Part shown: piece by piece, positions 12,191 through 23,458 of the stretch
How the letters are laid out: every line of letters begins with the position of its first letter
How positions within the stretch are numbered: position 1 is the stretch's first letter
Assembly: GCF_006345805.1 (NCBI RefSeq)
Contig: NW_021833588.1
Coordinates: 12,463-76,462, forward strand
Length of the DNA: 64,000 nt
Reading direction: 5' to 3'
Origin: Octopus sinensis
Lineage: Eukaryota
Made by a program: the position numbers and the translations under genes
The notes under the pieces: generated by a model
What the model was told of the DNA's origin: nothing
The model's database searches: none
The model's input: only the letters and a program-made list of their open reading frames with translations

Positions 12191-13109
12191 TCATCGGAAA
12201 AATACTCTAGAAGTCAGTAAAGTAAGTGTTTTAGATCTTCTAAAAAGGTTGATTACAGGACATCATATAAATTTTTTAAATTAGTGATCGCTTGAATCCA
12301 TCTAATTCATTCGATTCTTCTGCATCCACAAATCAGCTAAAGTTCTCTCCTTAGTAAATTAATTATCCATTTCCGATCTTTTATTGATTTCTCAATTTGT
12401 TTTATGTGGATCCCTATTCTTTGATTTCCGGATCTGTTTATTTTGACAACACTCAATCTTCCTTGGACTTAAAAATTAATAGTAGAAAAAATGTTAATTA
12501 CATGTAATTAAAATCAGCAAGGAATAATTTTAATAATCCCAAATGAATAATAATAAATCTAACTTTCTAAATGTTTTTTTAGTGTTAGAAAGTTTTATCA
12601 GTTAGAAAATTTTTCATTTGTCAAGATTATTTGTTTTTAGTAAATAGTGAGAACAGCTGTTCTACAAATTAATTAAAATGGACTATAAAATAGAATAATT
12701 AAGTATTTTTTTAACAAGTGATCTTCAAATTATGAATTAAATTAAAAACGAAAATAATTCATTATAATCAAGGGCTTTGCGTTACTTTAATTAAAAATAG
12801 TTTCTCCCAAAAGAAACTATTTCATTTGTCTCAACCCTTAGGTAACGTGAAAAATGAAGTGAACATCTAAATCTCGTAAATGCAGTTCTCTAATAACCAG
12901 TAACAATTACACCTAAATCACAAAAATGAATCGAATCAATCTATAATTGGTTTATAAAGTTACATAAAAAGTGTAGTGAATTCTATTTCACTGTAAAACG
13001 CTCAACTATTCAATAAATTATAAAAACTGCAAAATTTGTAAAACAACTAAAAGCTTTTTTATTTATAAAAAAAAACTAATTAGCTAAGTAATTTTTTTAA
13101 CTAAGTCCA

Positions 13110-13345
13110 GAGCCTTCGAAGTGGGCAGAGGATAGCACTCCACGCACCTCCTCCCCTTCTTTCTCCTCTTCTTTGACACTTTTGACCTCATCACACACAC
13201 GGGATGACATGGACTTTGCACTGATGCATCAGTCCTAGCTCGTTTGCAAGGAAGTTATACTTCCTCCTTTTCTCCACTTCCACTGTCTGCAAATGGTCTA
13301 GGCACGTGATGCCCACTTCCACGATAACGATCTCCTCTGTGAGTA
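13110..13345 (-). mobile_element. R4-like REL endonuclease fragment
   Basis: EIVIVEVGITCLDHLQTVEVEKRRKYNFLANELGLMHQCKVHVIPCV, the same family type as 5745-6210. Confidence 0.8.
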
Positions 13346-13949
13346 AAGTAAAAATACTTAGGTATCAAATTTTAATTAACTCTACGAAGTCAAAATTAAA
13401 GATTCCAGGCGGATTTTATGGATGCTAAATATATAACGATTTTGACGATAAATATAATTAAATATTGACAATTTTTGACACGTACGGAAAATTTGTAATC
13501 TGCAAGATGTTAAAAAATGAAATTGCTTTTGACAATACTGAAAATTTGGTTTAAAAAGTTAGAAATAAATTCAAAAAAATTTTGTCAAATGGATATTGCC
13601 AAATTTTACAAAATAAAAACGGGTTCAAATTGGAAAACTAATTTATAGATCATTTATTCAAAGAAAATAAAATCAAACATATTTATAGAAAAAAACCGTC
13701 CCATTCACGAGTTCTAATCAAAATAAAGAACAAAGTTAGATGCTAGCTAATATAAGTGTCTTAAAGGGTCAGTCGAACGCCATCGCCATCGAACTGCATA
13801 TTAAATGGCGGTTTTCACGGAGCACGGCGACTAAGATTCGCTGAAAATCTAGCTCGTCTCCCTTCGCTCTTTTTTTCAGAGAGTTTCTCTTATTAATATC
13901 AGTCAGGAATTGAGTCGCGGCTTTGCTGATGATTTCTGAAGGCAAAAAG

Positions 13950-14400
13950 AGAAAACTTAAAAGCGTCAAAATATGCCGGTATTTCGTCCTCTTTAGCCTT
14001 AGCACTCGCCGAGCCCGGGTTGCTGACAGTCTTGCCCAAGCGTAAGCAGATACCAATCCGTACGGATTCGTCGTCCAGTAGTAATCCTGTTCTGGGAATA
14101 GGAAGTGCTTTGAGCCAGTCTCCCGTATAATAAGGCCAGCTGAAATTGGTCCGACTTTGAACAAAGTTTTTGTTCGGTATTTACGCAGATTTCGTCCCAG
14201 TTCATTTGGATTGAAGGTAATCAAGGCAAAAGTTAAGGAAATTATATTTGTATGTTTTTATTTTTATTTAATTGGTAAAATATGCCCTCCCAGCACCATT
14301 CTTGAGGGGATGAAGACAATTTCGAACGACAGTACTGCCATAAACACAGCTACGAGGCTGACAAATTTTCAAACCAAGCCTCAGGCGAAACTGTAATATT
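13950..14400 (-). mobile_element. CRE-clade non-LTR fragment (post-RT region), frameshifted
   Basis: QMNWDE...SDQ, then in another frame TGDWLKALPIPRTGLLLDDESVRIGICLRLG, resembling the CRE 'WLxALPxxxxGLxLDDxxxRIxxxLRLG' motif. Confidence 0.75.
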
Positions 14401-14761
14401 TAAAAGCGCAGTGTACAGCAAAGATCCAATGAATGACAATGCCAATGAATTTCCCAGTTAAGGAATTTTGAAAATCAGAAATTGACGTGGAAATATACGG
14501 AAATTGTATAGAAATTCAACTACCCTGCGAGCAAATACTTAAGTGGTAAATCCTCCTCTTTAAACACTTTGAAGATCTCTTTTGCTAATCTAAATCGCAT
14601 CTTTAATGCCAGAATGAACTTTAGAGTAAGCCTTTTTATAGAATGAGTAATTGGAATTTTTTCGCTATGCGGCATTGACATGAGAACCTATTCCGATCTG
14701 GATCTTTCTGCTCTGCTAATAAACTAACAAAAATGAAGAATTTCCATCGATACAACAAAAA

Positions 14762-14832
14762 TGCATCTGCCGGGAATCGAACCCGGTTCGCTCGCATGGG
14801 AAGCGAACATGATACCATTACACCACAGATGC
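14762..14832 (-). tRNA. tRNA-Gly(CCC)
   Basis: GCATCTG/CAGATGC acceptor stem, TTCGC-TTCCCAT-GCGAG anticodon arm and CCGGG-TTCGATT-CCCGG T arm. Confidence 0.93.
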
Positions 14833-15196
14833 GTCTATTTATTTTTTTAGAAACGAATAATAAAATTTTTAATGCGTCACTCCTCCAGACATGAATTCAT
14901 CTTATTTTAAAAGAATGAATAAAAAGATGGGAGTACACAGGTCAAAATATAATTTTAAAATAGAGAATGAGGTATAATTAAATAATAACAGTTTAGGTTC
15001 GAATCTTACAAGATTATGGGACGAATCCGTCATTGAATCCCCATATGAAGAAAAGGGAAAAATAAAAAATATAATGTCTAACAACAGATTAATGGTTAGT
15101 CGTCTTTCCTAACATTTAGATCGAATTACGAAATGAAACCAAGATAGTTACTATGAATAGAGTTAAAAAATGTTAAGGTTTTTGAATATTTAGCAA

Positions 15197-17418
15197 CTAG
15201 CTCGGCAGCTCGCTTCGCTCACCGCGACCTAGCTCCTGCGGAGGGCCTGTTTTATCAAACAACTATAAGTTTATGTAGATGTATAAAACTACCTGGTTTA
15301 ATGAATAAATTTTCTCTTCTGCCTACCCTCGAGCATCCCACATACAGCTGTCCATGTGAAAAGCACTCACTCTCTAAAAATAACCCAACTACCTTTAATG
15401 ACTGTCCCTGGGCCTTGTTTATTGTCATTTCAAAACTCATCCTCAAAGGAAATTGCAGCCTTTTAAATCTAAATGGTAATTCATCAGTAATTATCGGAAT
15501 TCGTAAAATATAAACATCCTCACCTCTATACTTACCTGTTAATATCGTCGCCTCTATTACGTTAGCCATCAAATTTTTGATAACTAACCTCGTTCCGTTG
15601 CATAATTTAGGTGGCGCAAGATTTCGTAATAAAACAACTGGAACGCCTATCTTTAACTTTAAAAGATGATTCGGCATTCCAGAGGGATTTAAGGAGTTTA
15701 AAAATTCAATCCGGTTGAATTTTTAGAAAATAACAAAAAAAATAAAAAAAACAAATAAAAATAAATAATTTAAAAACAAAAAAATAAAAAAAAACTAAAA
15801 AAAAACTTAGCAGCAGCCAAAAAAGCGACACACAAAAAAGATTTAATTAATTACCCTAAGCTGACCGTTTTTCTTCAGCTTCGTTTTTCCTCCTTCGGTT
15901 ATCTATTTAAAAAATTATTTTTGAATAATAAAAAATATTAGGAAAAAAGAGGCATACAGAAAATTAATTCTATCTTTACGAAAAACTTAACTAAATAGTT
16001 AATATTTTTACGCAAATTCTTCTGATTGCGCTGTCAATTGGTGGTAAATTGTGTTAATGATTGTGCTAATGTGGTTTCAACTATCAAAGTGTTTTTCAAA
16101 ATCTGTTAATTGCACACTCTATTCAAGGTCGTGCAATCTTTAATTGCACATTCTGTCAAAGTCAAATATGATAATAGCTTTAATTTTGATTCATGGTCGA
16201 TAATGATATATGCATTTAATTTTAAAGAGAAAATCATAGGATGAATTGAATTTCTTTATCGCGAATAATTGGGAGTTCATCATTGTTAATATTCTCGCTG
16301 TCGTTTTCATCAAGGATATTCTTAATACGTGAGATTTTTGCCTCGGAGGTTTTAATGGACCTCATTATGAATGTCGAGGACATTAACGTTGTTCATTTTA
16401 ATCAAATGCAGAAAATAATTTTTTGCTTTTTTGGCGGGAAGGTTTTAAAGACCTCATCATGTAAGTCGAGGACATCGTAGTTGTTCATTTTAACCAAAAT
16501 GCAGAAAATTTTTTTTTAATTTTTTTTGGGGGGAGGTTTTAAGGACCTCATCATGTAAGTCGAGGACATCGTAGTTGTTCATTTTAACCAAAATGCAGAA
16601 AATTTTTTTTAATTTTTTTTGGGGGGAAGGTTTTAAGGACCTCATCATGTAAGTCGAGGACATCGTAGTTGTTCATTTTAACCAAAATGCAGAAAATTTT
16701 TTTTTAATTTTTTTTGGGGGGAAGGTTTTAAGGACCTCATCATGTAAGTCGAGGACATCGTAGTTGTTCATTTTAACCAAAATGCAGAAAATTTTTTTTT
16801 AATTTTTTTTGGGGGGAAGGTTTTAAGGACCTCATCATGTAAGTCGAGGACATCGTAGTTGTTCATTTTAACCAAAATGCAGAAAATTTTTTTTTAATTT
16901 TTTTTTGGGGGGAAGGTTTTAAGGACCTCATCATGTAAGTCGAGGACATCGTAGTTGTTCATTTTAACCAAAATGCAGAAAATTTTTTTTTAATTTTTTT
17001 TGGGGGGAAGGTTTTAAGGACCTCATCATGTAAGTCGAGGACATCGTAGTTGTTCATTTTAACCAAAATGCAGAAAATTTTTTTTTAATTTTTTTTGGGG
17101 GGAAGGTTTTAAGGACCTCATCATGTAAGTCGAGGACATCGTAGTTGTTCATTTTAACCAAAATGCAGAAAATTTTTTTTAATTTTTTTTGGGGGGAAGG
17201 TTTTAAGGACCTCATCATGTAAGTCGAGGACATCGTAGTTGTTCATTTTAACCAAAATGCAGAAAATTTTTTTTTAATTTTTTTTTGGGGGGAAGGTTTT
17301 AAGGGCCTCATCATGTAAGTCGAGGACATCGTAGTTGTTCATTTTAACCAAAATGCAGAAAATTTTTTTTTGGGGGGAATTTATCTCTACTTTGCCAATT
17401 TGAAGTTGGTGTGCACAC

Positions 17419-17457
<39 letters not shown>

Positions 17458-17483
17458 CACACCATACCATTTTATTATTAAGA
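15197..17483 (-). mobile_element. Non-autonomous Helitron, copy A
   Basis: 5' TCTTAATAATAAAATGG plus (GTCT)n, 3' GC-rich subterminal segment and CTAG, inserted between A and T. Carries a PIF1-type helicase C-terminus ([10 protein letters not shown]...[19 protein letters not shown]...[11 protein letters not shown]). Confidence 0.9.
16455..17365. repeat. Tandem array, about 95-bp unit, 10 copies plus one degenerate monomer, inside Helitron A
   Basis: GTCGAGGACATCG recurs about every 94-96 bp from about 16466 to about 17320. Confidence 0.95.
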
Positions 17484-18249
17484 TTATCTTGAGTCAGTAA
17501 TTAATGTCAAACTATGTAGGTCACCCTGTCAACCCTGTAAACTATGTAGGTCACCTTGGTCGCCAGCGTGGTATGGTCGCCAGGGTAGTTCGCGACATAA
17601 TATATTAATTTTTAAAATTTATTATTTTTGTCACGATTAACTCTTATTACTTTATTTTAATTATTTTTCTATCTTTTACTTAGAGATATTTTTAATGTTC
17701 AAAAAAACCAGGTTTTGAATGAAATAAAACAACCCTTCTGGTCTTTATGTGCAAATTGTTTATTGAAAACATTTACCAACTAATCCGGGAATAACTAAAA
17801 CTGAATGACTCGATTTCTGTAAAAACTAATAAAAATTAATTCCAATTTATCCCTGTAAATAACAACCATTAAAAAACTAACAAACTAAAAAAAACTATTT
17901 TAAAAATTTTTATCTTATCGAATAAAAAACAGTAGTTTTAATATAAACAAATTTTGGATTTTTTAAAGATCTTTTAAAAAATAAAACCAAGAAGAGGCTC
18001 TTATAGTTAAAAAATAAATACTTGAACTCCGCCTGAATTCTTTACATTCATTGAATAATTAAATAATAAAAGTTTTCAGAATTCATATTTAGATATAAAA
18101 GGATTATTTTTAAGACATGCAATAGTTATATTTTTATTGTTTATTCTAAACCTAGTAAATAAAAAGCAAATGTACTTATTGTTCTCTTTAATTTAAATAG
18201 TTAACAAAAAAGAATTAATCAAAATCATAAACGGAATTATTAGTGAGAT

Positions 18250-18797
18250 TAATTAAATTAATGAAATTCAGTCAAATCGATTTTTGACATTAATTTTCTT
18301 CTCAAAATTTTTTTCACGCGTGCGAGCCTGTACATAAAATTTTGCGTAGGAAATCATTTTTTCGCCTCAAAAAAAACCAAAAACACGTGTAAGAGTCATT
18401 GGCTATATGATGAATATATATAAATACAATAATTTAAAGTGGGAGTCTTTTTTTATACTTAAAGCTGATTTGATTGTTTTTTTAAAGGTGGACACTGCCC
18501 TGAGATATAATCACATGCGTCATTTATTTGAAAAATTGGGAAATGTAATTCATCCCCTTCCATAAATTCATCCACTGCGAAATTTTTGAGTGATTTTGCT
18601 AAAAATAAAATCGTTTCTATACGTATGGTACGATTTTTTTCATTTCAAAATCCTCTTCTCCGAATACATAACATGAGGTCATGCTACAATTTGTAAATCA
18701 ATGCTTGTTATGAATGATGATTTTTGACATTTTAAATGATACTGACCCACATATCCACATTAGACAAAATAAAAATGAAAAAAATGGTTATTAACAT
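18250..18797 (-). pseudogene. NPC2: Third NPC2/ML-domain paralog, frameshifted
   Basis: Same signal peptide start (ATGTTAATAACCATT...TTGTCTAATGTG) and ACDYISGQCPPLKNNQISFKYKK. Indels in exon 1 and a MITE inserted immediately upstream of the ATG. Confidence 0.75.
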
Positions 18798-18821
18798 CTA
18801 GAATCTAGATGTTAATAACCA

Positions 18822-19527
18822 TTTTAGCTCAAGGGCCAAATCGATAATTAAGATTAGCTTCGCGGGCCGCACAAAAAATATTTTATATTTTTTATATTTT
18901 TTATATTTTCCAAGCCTGGTAACTCGCTCGCAATTTGAAGTGCAGCCACTGTTGATGCGTAATGAGTTTTTGGACTCTCTTTTTTCTTTTTTAATTGCCA
19001 TTTCCTTTATAAAGAAATAAAAGCTAAAAAATCTATAAAAGGCGTTGTAACTAAAAAGAAAGTATTATTTGTTTATTCAGTTTTTGAAATCCGGAATAAG
19101 AAAGTCAAAGAAGTTCGTAAAAGCTGACGTAGAATTTTTTGAATTGTCTTGAGGAATTAATCGTAAAAATTAATAATGGACGCATTTTTGAACAATGCCG
19201 CCAGTTCTATATCATGTTGTAATTAATGAGTTCTAGTTAAAACTTTGCAGGCGCCACCTTAATTTCCACGCTGAATGGAGTTGCGAATATTTTCATTAAA
19301 AGAAGGAATTCTTTAAAATTCTAAAAATTAAATTTATATAAATGTACCCCAAAACGTGCTTCAAATTGATTAATGAAATCACCAATTATGGATATGTTTA
19401 ACCTAAGAATGAATAATTAAATTTAAACATTATTAAAAAATTAAAAAAGTTAGTTACTCTAGAGGGGCCGCAAAAAAAATCCTAGGGGCCACATGCGGCC
19501 CCGGGGGGCCGCATTTGAGAACCGCTG
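18822..19527. mobile_element. Non-autonomous hAT element (sister of 5639-6735) with damaged left TIR
   Basis: Both ends are nearly identical to the 5639-6735 copy (TTTTAGCTCAAGGGCC...TTGAGAACCGCTG). The outer ~15 bp of the left TIR are missing. Confidence 0.85.
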
Positions 19528-20020
19528 ATCTAGATTCTAGAATCACAAAAGATGACCTAATTATTTTAATGTTGATTTATTAAACAAATTTTATTATTAT
19601 TCAAAAAATCGATAATTTCATTAAAAATTTTAATTTAATTAAAATTTTTAATAATGCAATCACTATCTACACGGTTGCCCAATTTATTGAGCATTTTCTA
19701 TTTGATACTATCTGATACTGCTTCTGAAAAATAAAAAACGGTTAAAATTGAAAACTGGTAGGAGTAAAAAAAGGAATATTATTTTTATCGAATTCAAATT
19801 ATAAAAATTTGAACAAGCTAATAGTAATCGTCCGTGGCTCTCCTCGATAAACTCAGAGCATTGAGAGTATGTTTCCATGATGTCATTACTGGAACAGTGG
19901 GATCCATCCGTAGTATAAAGATCAAACAATCAATTAAATCAAACACATCGGATAATATAATAATTTAACAAATATTCTAAAGATGACATTCTCCGAATCG
20001 ATATTGTGAGCTCCGAAATA

Positions 20021-20090
20021 GCATCTGTGGTGTGATGGTATCATGTTTGCTTCCCATACGATCGAACCGTGTTGATTCCTGGCATATGCA
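20021..20090 (+). pseudogene. Degenerate tRNA-Gly(CCC) copy
   Basis: Copy of 14762-14832 with broken anticodon-stem pairing, a T-loop deletion and an acceptor mismatch, followed by a T run. Confidence 0.8.
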
Positions 20091-20368
20091 ATTTTTTCAG
20101 AGTTTGATTATAATTTAACATTATTGAATTAAACACATTTGAGTGCATATAAGCATAGAAAACTTATCTAAACCTAACTCAAGTAATTTTGGAGTTATTT
20201 TAGCACCAGTCTGTTTAATGACATCGCACAAAAATAAAAAGGGATTTATAAAATAAGTGATCATAAGGATTACTTGATTTTTTGAAATTTATTATTTTTT
20301 TCATATAAATTTTGTTATAAAATTTTTGTCTCATATCATTAAATTTTTTAAAATAATTTTTCCGTTCA

Positions 20369-20620
20369 ATGTTAGAGTCTACAAACACACTTTTAAACTA
20401 CCAAGAATATGCCGTTTATTGCTGTAGCAAATACTATCAAAAATACGGTGATATTTTAAAAGTTGCTTGCTTGATTAAAGAGAAATTCGAATATAAATTT
20501 GGAAATCACTGGAATATATTATTCGGAATGGATTATTCATCAGATCTCACCCTAGACGAACACAAAACAGTTTTTCTTGAGTGTGATAATTTCAAAATAA
20601 TTTTATTTTCAGTAAAATGA
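20369..20620 (+). CDS. Divergent dynein light chain LC8-like protein (intronless)
   Basis: 83 aa. QEYAV...IKEKFEYKFGNHWNILFG.DYSS...FKIILF parallels LC8 [23 protein letters not shown]...AILLF. Confidence 0.65.
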   Translation: MLESTNTLLNYQEYAVYCCSKYYQKYGDILKVACLIKEKFEYKFGNHWNILFGMDYSSDLTLDEHKTVFLECDNFKIILFSVK

Positions 20621-21489
20621 TTTTTTGGATTTATATTGTTATCTAATTATTACATTTTTGTGCAACAGCTTTTAATGATAAAATTGCGATACACTTTTAA
20701 AATCAATTACATTTTATATTTTCTAAATAGAATGGATAATCCCGTGTAAGTTTATATTTTTCAACGATTTCTAAATTTTCATCAAGAAAACTAATTTATA
20801 AAATAAAATTAGACTATTTGTAAAAAAATGTTTATCCAAAGATCTTATAAGAGAATTTTCACTCGTTTTTAATGGGGTCGCTTTAAAAGATTCTCGTAAC
20901 AGTTTTAGTTAAAGATTATTGAAAAATAATCAATCTTCAATGCCATTTAAATCGTATAAACAATGAAACTAATAAATCAAACCAAAAGAAAAGCATATTT
21001 AAGACATTTATGATTGATAAATTAATTTTTTTAATTGTAATGGTGCTTATTTTTAACTTCCAAAATTGAAAAAAATTAATATTTTCGACTTTTTATGGAA
21101 CAAAATAATTTCAAAACTAGGTAAAAATTTTAATGCCGATTTTTAAGAAATTAAACATTTATAAATTTTATTGATTCATCACAGTGATGGAGAATCGGTC
21201 ATACTGCGAGACAGTTCCTCTGGAGACAGTCCCAATGAGATCCTCTGGAACAGTCATGGCGTCTCTTTTCTCTCCAGAATGCGATTGAAATCATTCTTCC
21301 AATTTTTGCAAAAAAACTTTTGATATTACTTGCCTCGAACAGAAATAGAACAAATTTAACAATGTTAGGGAGAAAGGTGCAATTTTATTTTTCGAGCAGC
21401 GGCCAGAGAACAGGCAATTTTGACAACCGTCTCCGACAATGGCAAATGATTTTCAAGTTTGATAACCAATTTATAAATAAAATTAGAAA

Positions 21490-21933
21490 TTAATAGTTAT
21501 AAAAGTCATTGAATTCTTTTTGATCACGTTCATATTTATCCGTAGATTTTTTATGTTTCATTCGTCGATTTTGAAACCATACTTTAACCTGTTTATCCGT
21601 TAACGTTGTTTTCTTGGCTAGTTCAGCTAATTTATCTTTTGATGGGTATTTATTTGTGGAAAATTCCTTTTCCATTTCGAGTAATTGAGAATTTGTATGA
21701 CATTTGCGTGATGTTAAAGAATTCGCTAAAATTACAAAAAATTACAAACTGTTGTTTTTTTGATTCATCCAGGGGTATAATTTAGTAGCATCGGAATCAA
21801 ATAGTTGATTATTAGTCGAAATATTAGAAAAACAATTATTATGCTGATTAACATATTGAGGGAAAGGGTATGAATTATCCAAATCTATATTTGTGGTAGT
21901 GACAATTTCTTCATCATCCATCAAAATATACAT
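21490..21933 (-). CDS. Hox-class homeobox protein, Hox2/proboscipedia-like, divergent
   Basis: Exon 21750-21933 contains YPWM. A 24-nt intron at 21726-21749 joins it to the homeodomain RKCHTNSQLLEMEKEF...QVKVWFQNRRMKHKK. The start codon is uncertain. Confidence 0.8.
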
Positions 21934-22633
21934 TATAATACATTATAAACCTCATGTGGAAATTTGTTTTTATTTTTAAACAATCTATCTGGCATCTAGA
22001 GAATACAATAATTCGCGAATAATTTATTATAACTGGTAATTTTAATTAATCAAAGTGACAATATTTCTTTCTTTTTACAATTGCTTTTTTAATATTTTAT
22101 TGTTTTTTGATATCTGGATCTCCAAGGAGAATCTATACGCTCTCCCTGACCAAATTTGACAAAAATTAAAGTTTTCTCAAAATTATATTGTCCTAGATTT
22201 TTCGGATATTTAAATTCAAAACAGTTTTTTGAATGAAAAAACCAACTAACTGCTTGATTATCTAACTAAGCACTAAGTTCACAGTGTATACAAGCAGCAG
22301 CACTTCACACAGCTTCTTCCTTTCCACTTCCTTTTCTCTGTTGTGTAGACCATCGGGAAAATGCAGTCGGACGTCTCTGCTGACTAAATGTCAGGAAAAA
22401 GTGAATCCGAAAGCATAAAACGAGATACTCCCAGAATCCTCTTTAGATTTTAGCTAATTGTGTTGTCAGATAGAAGATTTTAAATATTTTATTCAATAAA
22501 CAAATTCACTTGAATATTTAAGTAAAATTGACTTGGAGTAATTCAAATGAATTAGTATTATTTTTCCGAAATTAATAAATAAAAGTCTTGTAATAATCAT
22601 AAATTTAATGTCACAAAAAAAACACAGAAGATA

Positions 22634-23126
22634 TTGGGAGTAACCATTGATACTTTCCTCTGTTTTTCACCTCACGTAGAATCGATCGTATCAACCTGTA
22701 TAAAGAAAATCAATTTTGTAAAAGCCTTCCTTTGGAACTGTGGGAGAACTTATCCGCCAGGGGTAGAGACCCTTTACAAGCAGTATATCGAGCCAACAAT
22801 AGGCTATGCATGTGCTGCTTGAGGCTGTAACCTGGCGGCAACGAACCGGTTAAAAATCGAAAAAATCCAAGAAAGATCTATCAACCTACTGAAGGACCAT
22901 ACAGATAGGGAAATTGTCCATAGAACACTGGAGTCTTTCGTAAAGGCAAATGGGGGGATCGTGGAAATGGACCACAAACTATTCACCGTACATACAGAAA
23001 GTGTGTGGGGTCACGGTCGGAACATCGTGAAAAAATGGCTCGACTGTTGAGAAGTGTCGGAATCACCTGAACGTGTTAGTTAATGGTTAAGACGGTGATT
23101 TTGTTTGGCTTAAATAATAATAATAA
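22634..23126 (+). mobile_element. LINE RT 3' fragment, 'GIT-stop' family, with (TAA)n tail
   Basis: GVTIDTFLCFSPHV...YKQYIEPTIGYACAA*G...HREKMARLLRSVGIT* followed by a 3' UTR and TAA repeats. Confidence 0.8.
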
Positions 23127-23458
23127 CTGATATTTATAAGTTGCCCCTCAGAATCGCAATGGAACAGCCATTGCTTCGTCCACGGTTCTTGCCGTCCTTT
23201 GGAAATCAGTCCCCCGATTCTCCCAACGACTTCCAGAGATTTGTTGGTCATGACTGATATTTTATGAAAACTCTGAAGAGACCATTGCGCGTTTATTATT
23301 ATTATTTAAGCCAAACAAAATCACCGTCTTAACCATTAACTAACACGAAATAATAATTAAATTATAATTAATGAATAGTGAAATATGAAATTGTTAAATA
23401 ATATTTAAATATATTTATAGCGCATTTCAATAAATTCTTGTTTTCTTGTGATTTTTTC

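Noticed and set aside
13769-14224. 151-aa minus-strand ORF as a host gene
   Set aside because: The recognisable CRE motifs are in the other two frames, so it is a shadow ORF.
16455-17365. Regular repeat array as a CRISPR locus
   Set aside because: Units are head-to-tail identical with no unique spacers, there are no cas genes, the context is eukaryotic, and the array lies within a Helitron.
19708-19929. 73-aa ORF with hydrophobic C-terminus
   Set aside because: No recognisable motif, a non-ATG start, and its 3' part overlaps the conserved non-coding upstream region of the NPC2 copies.
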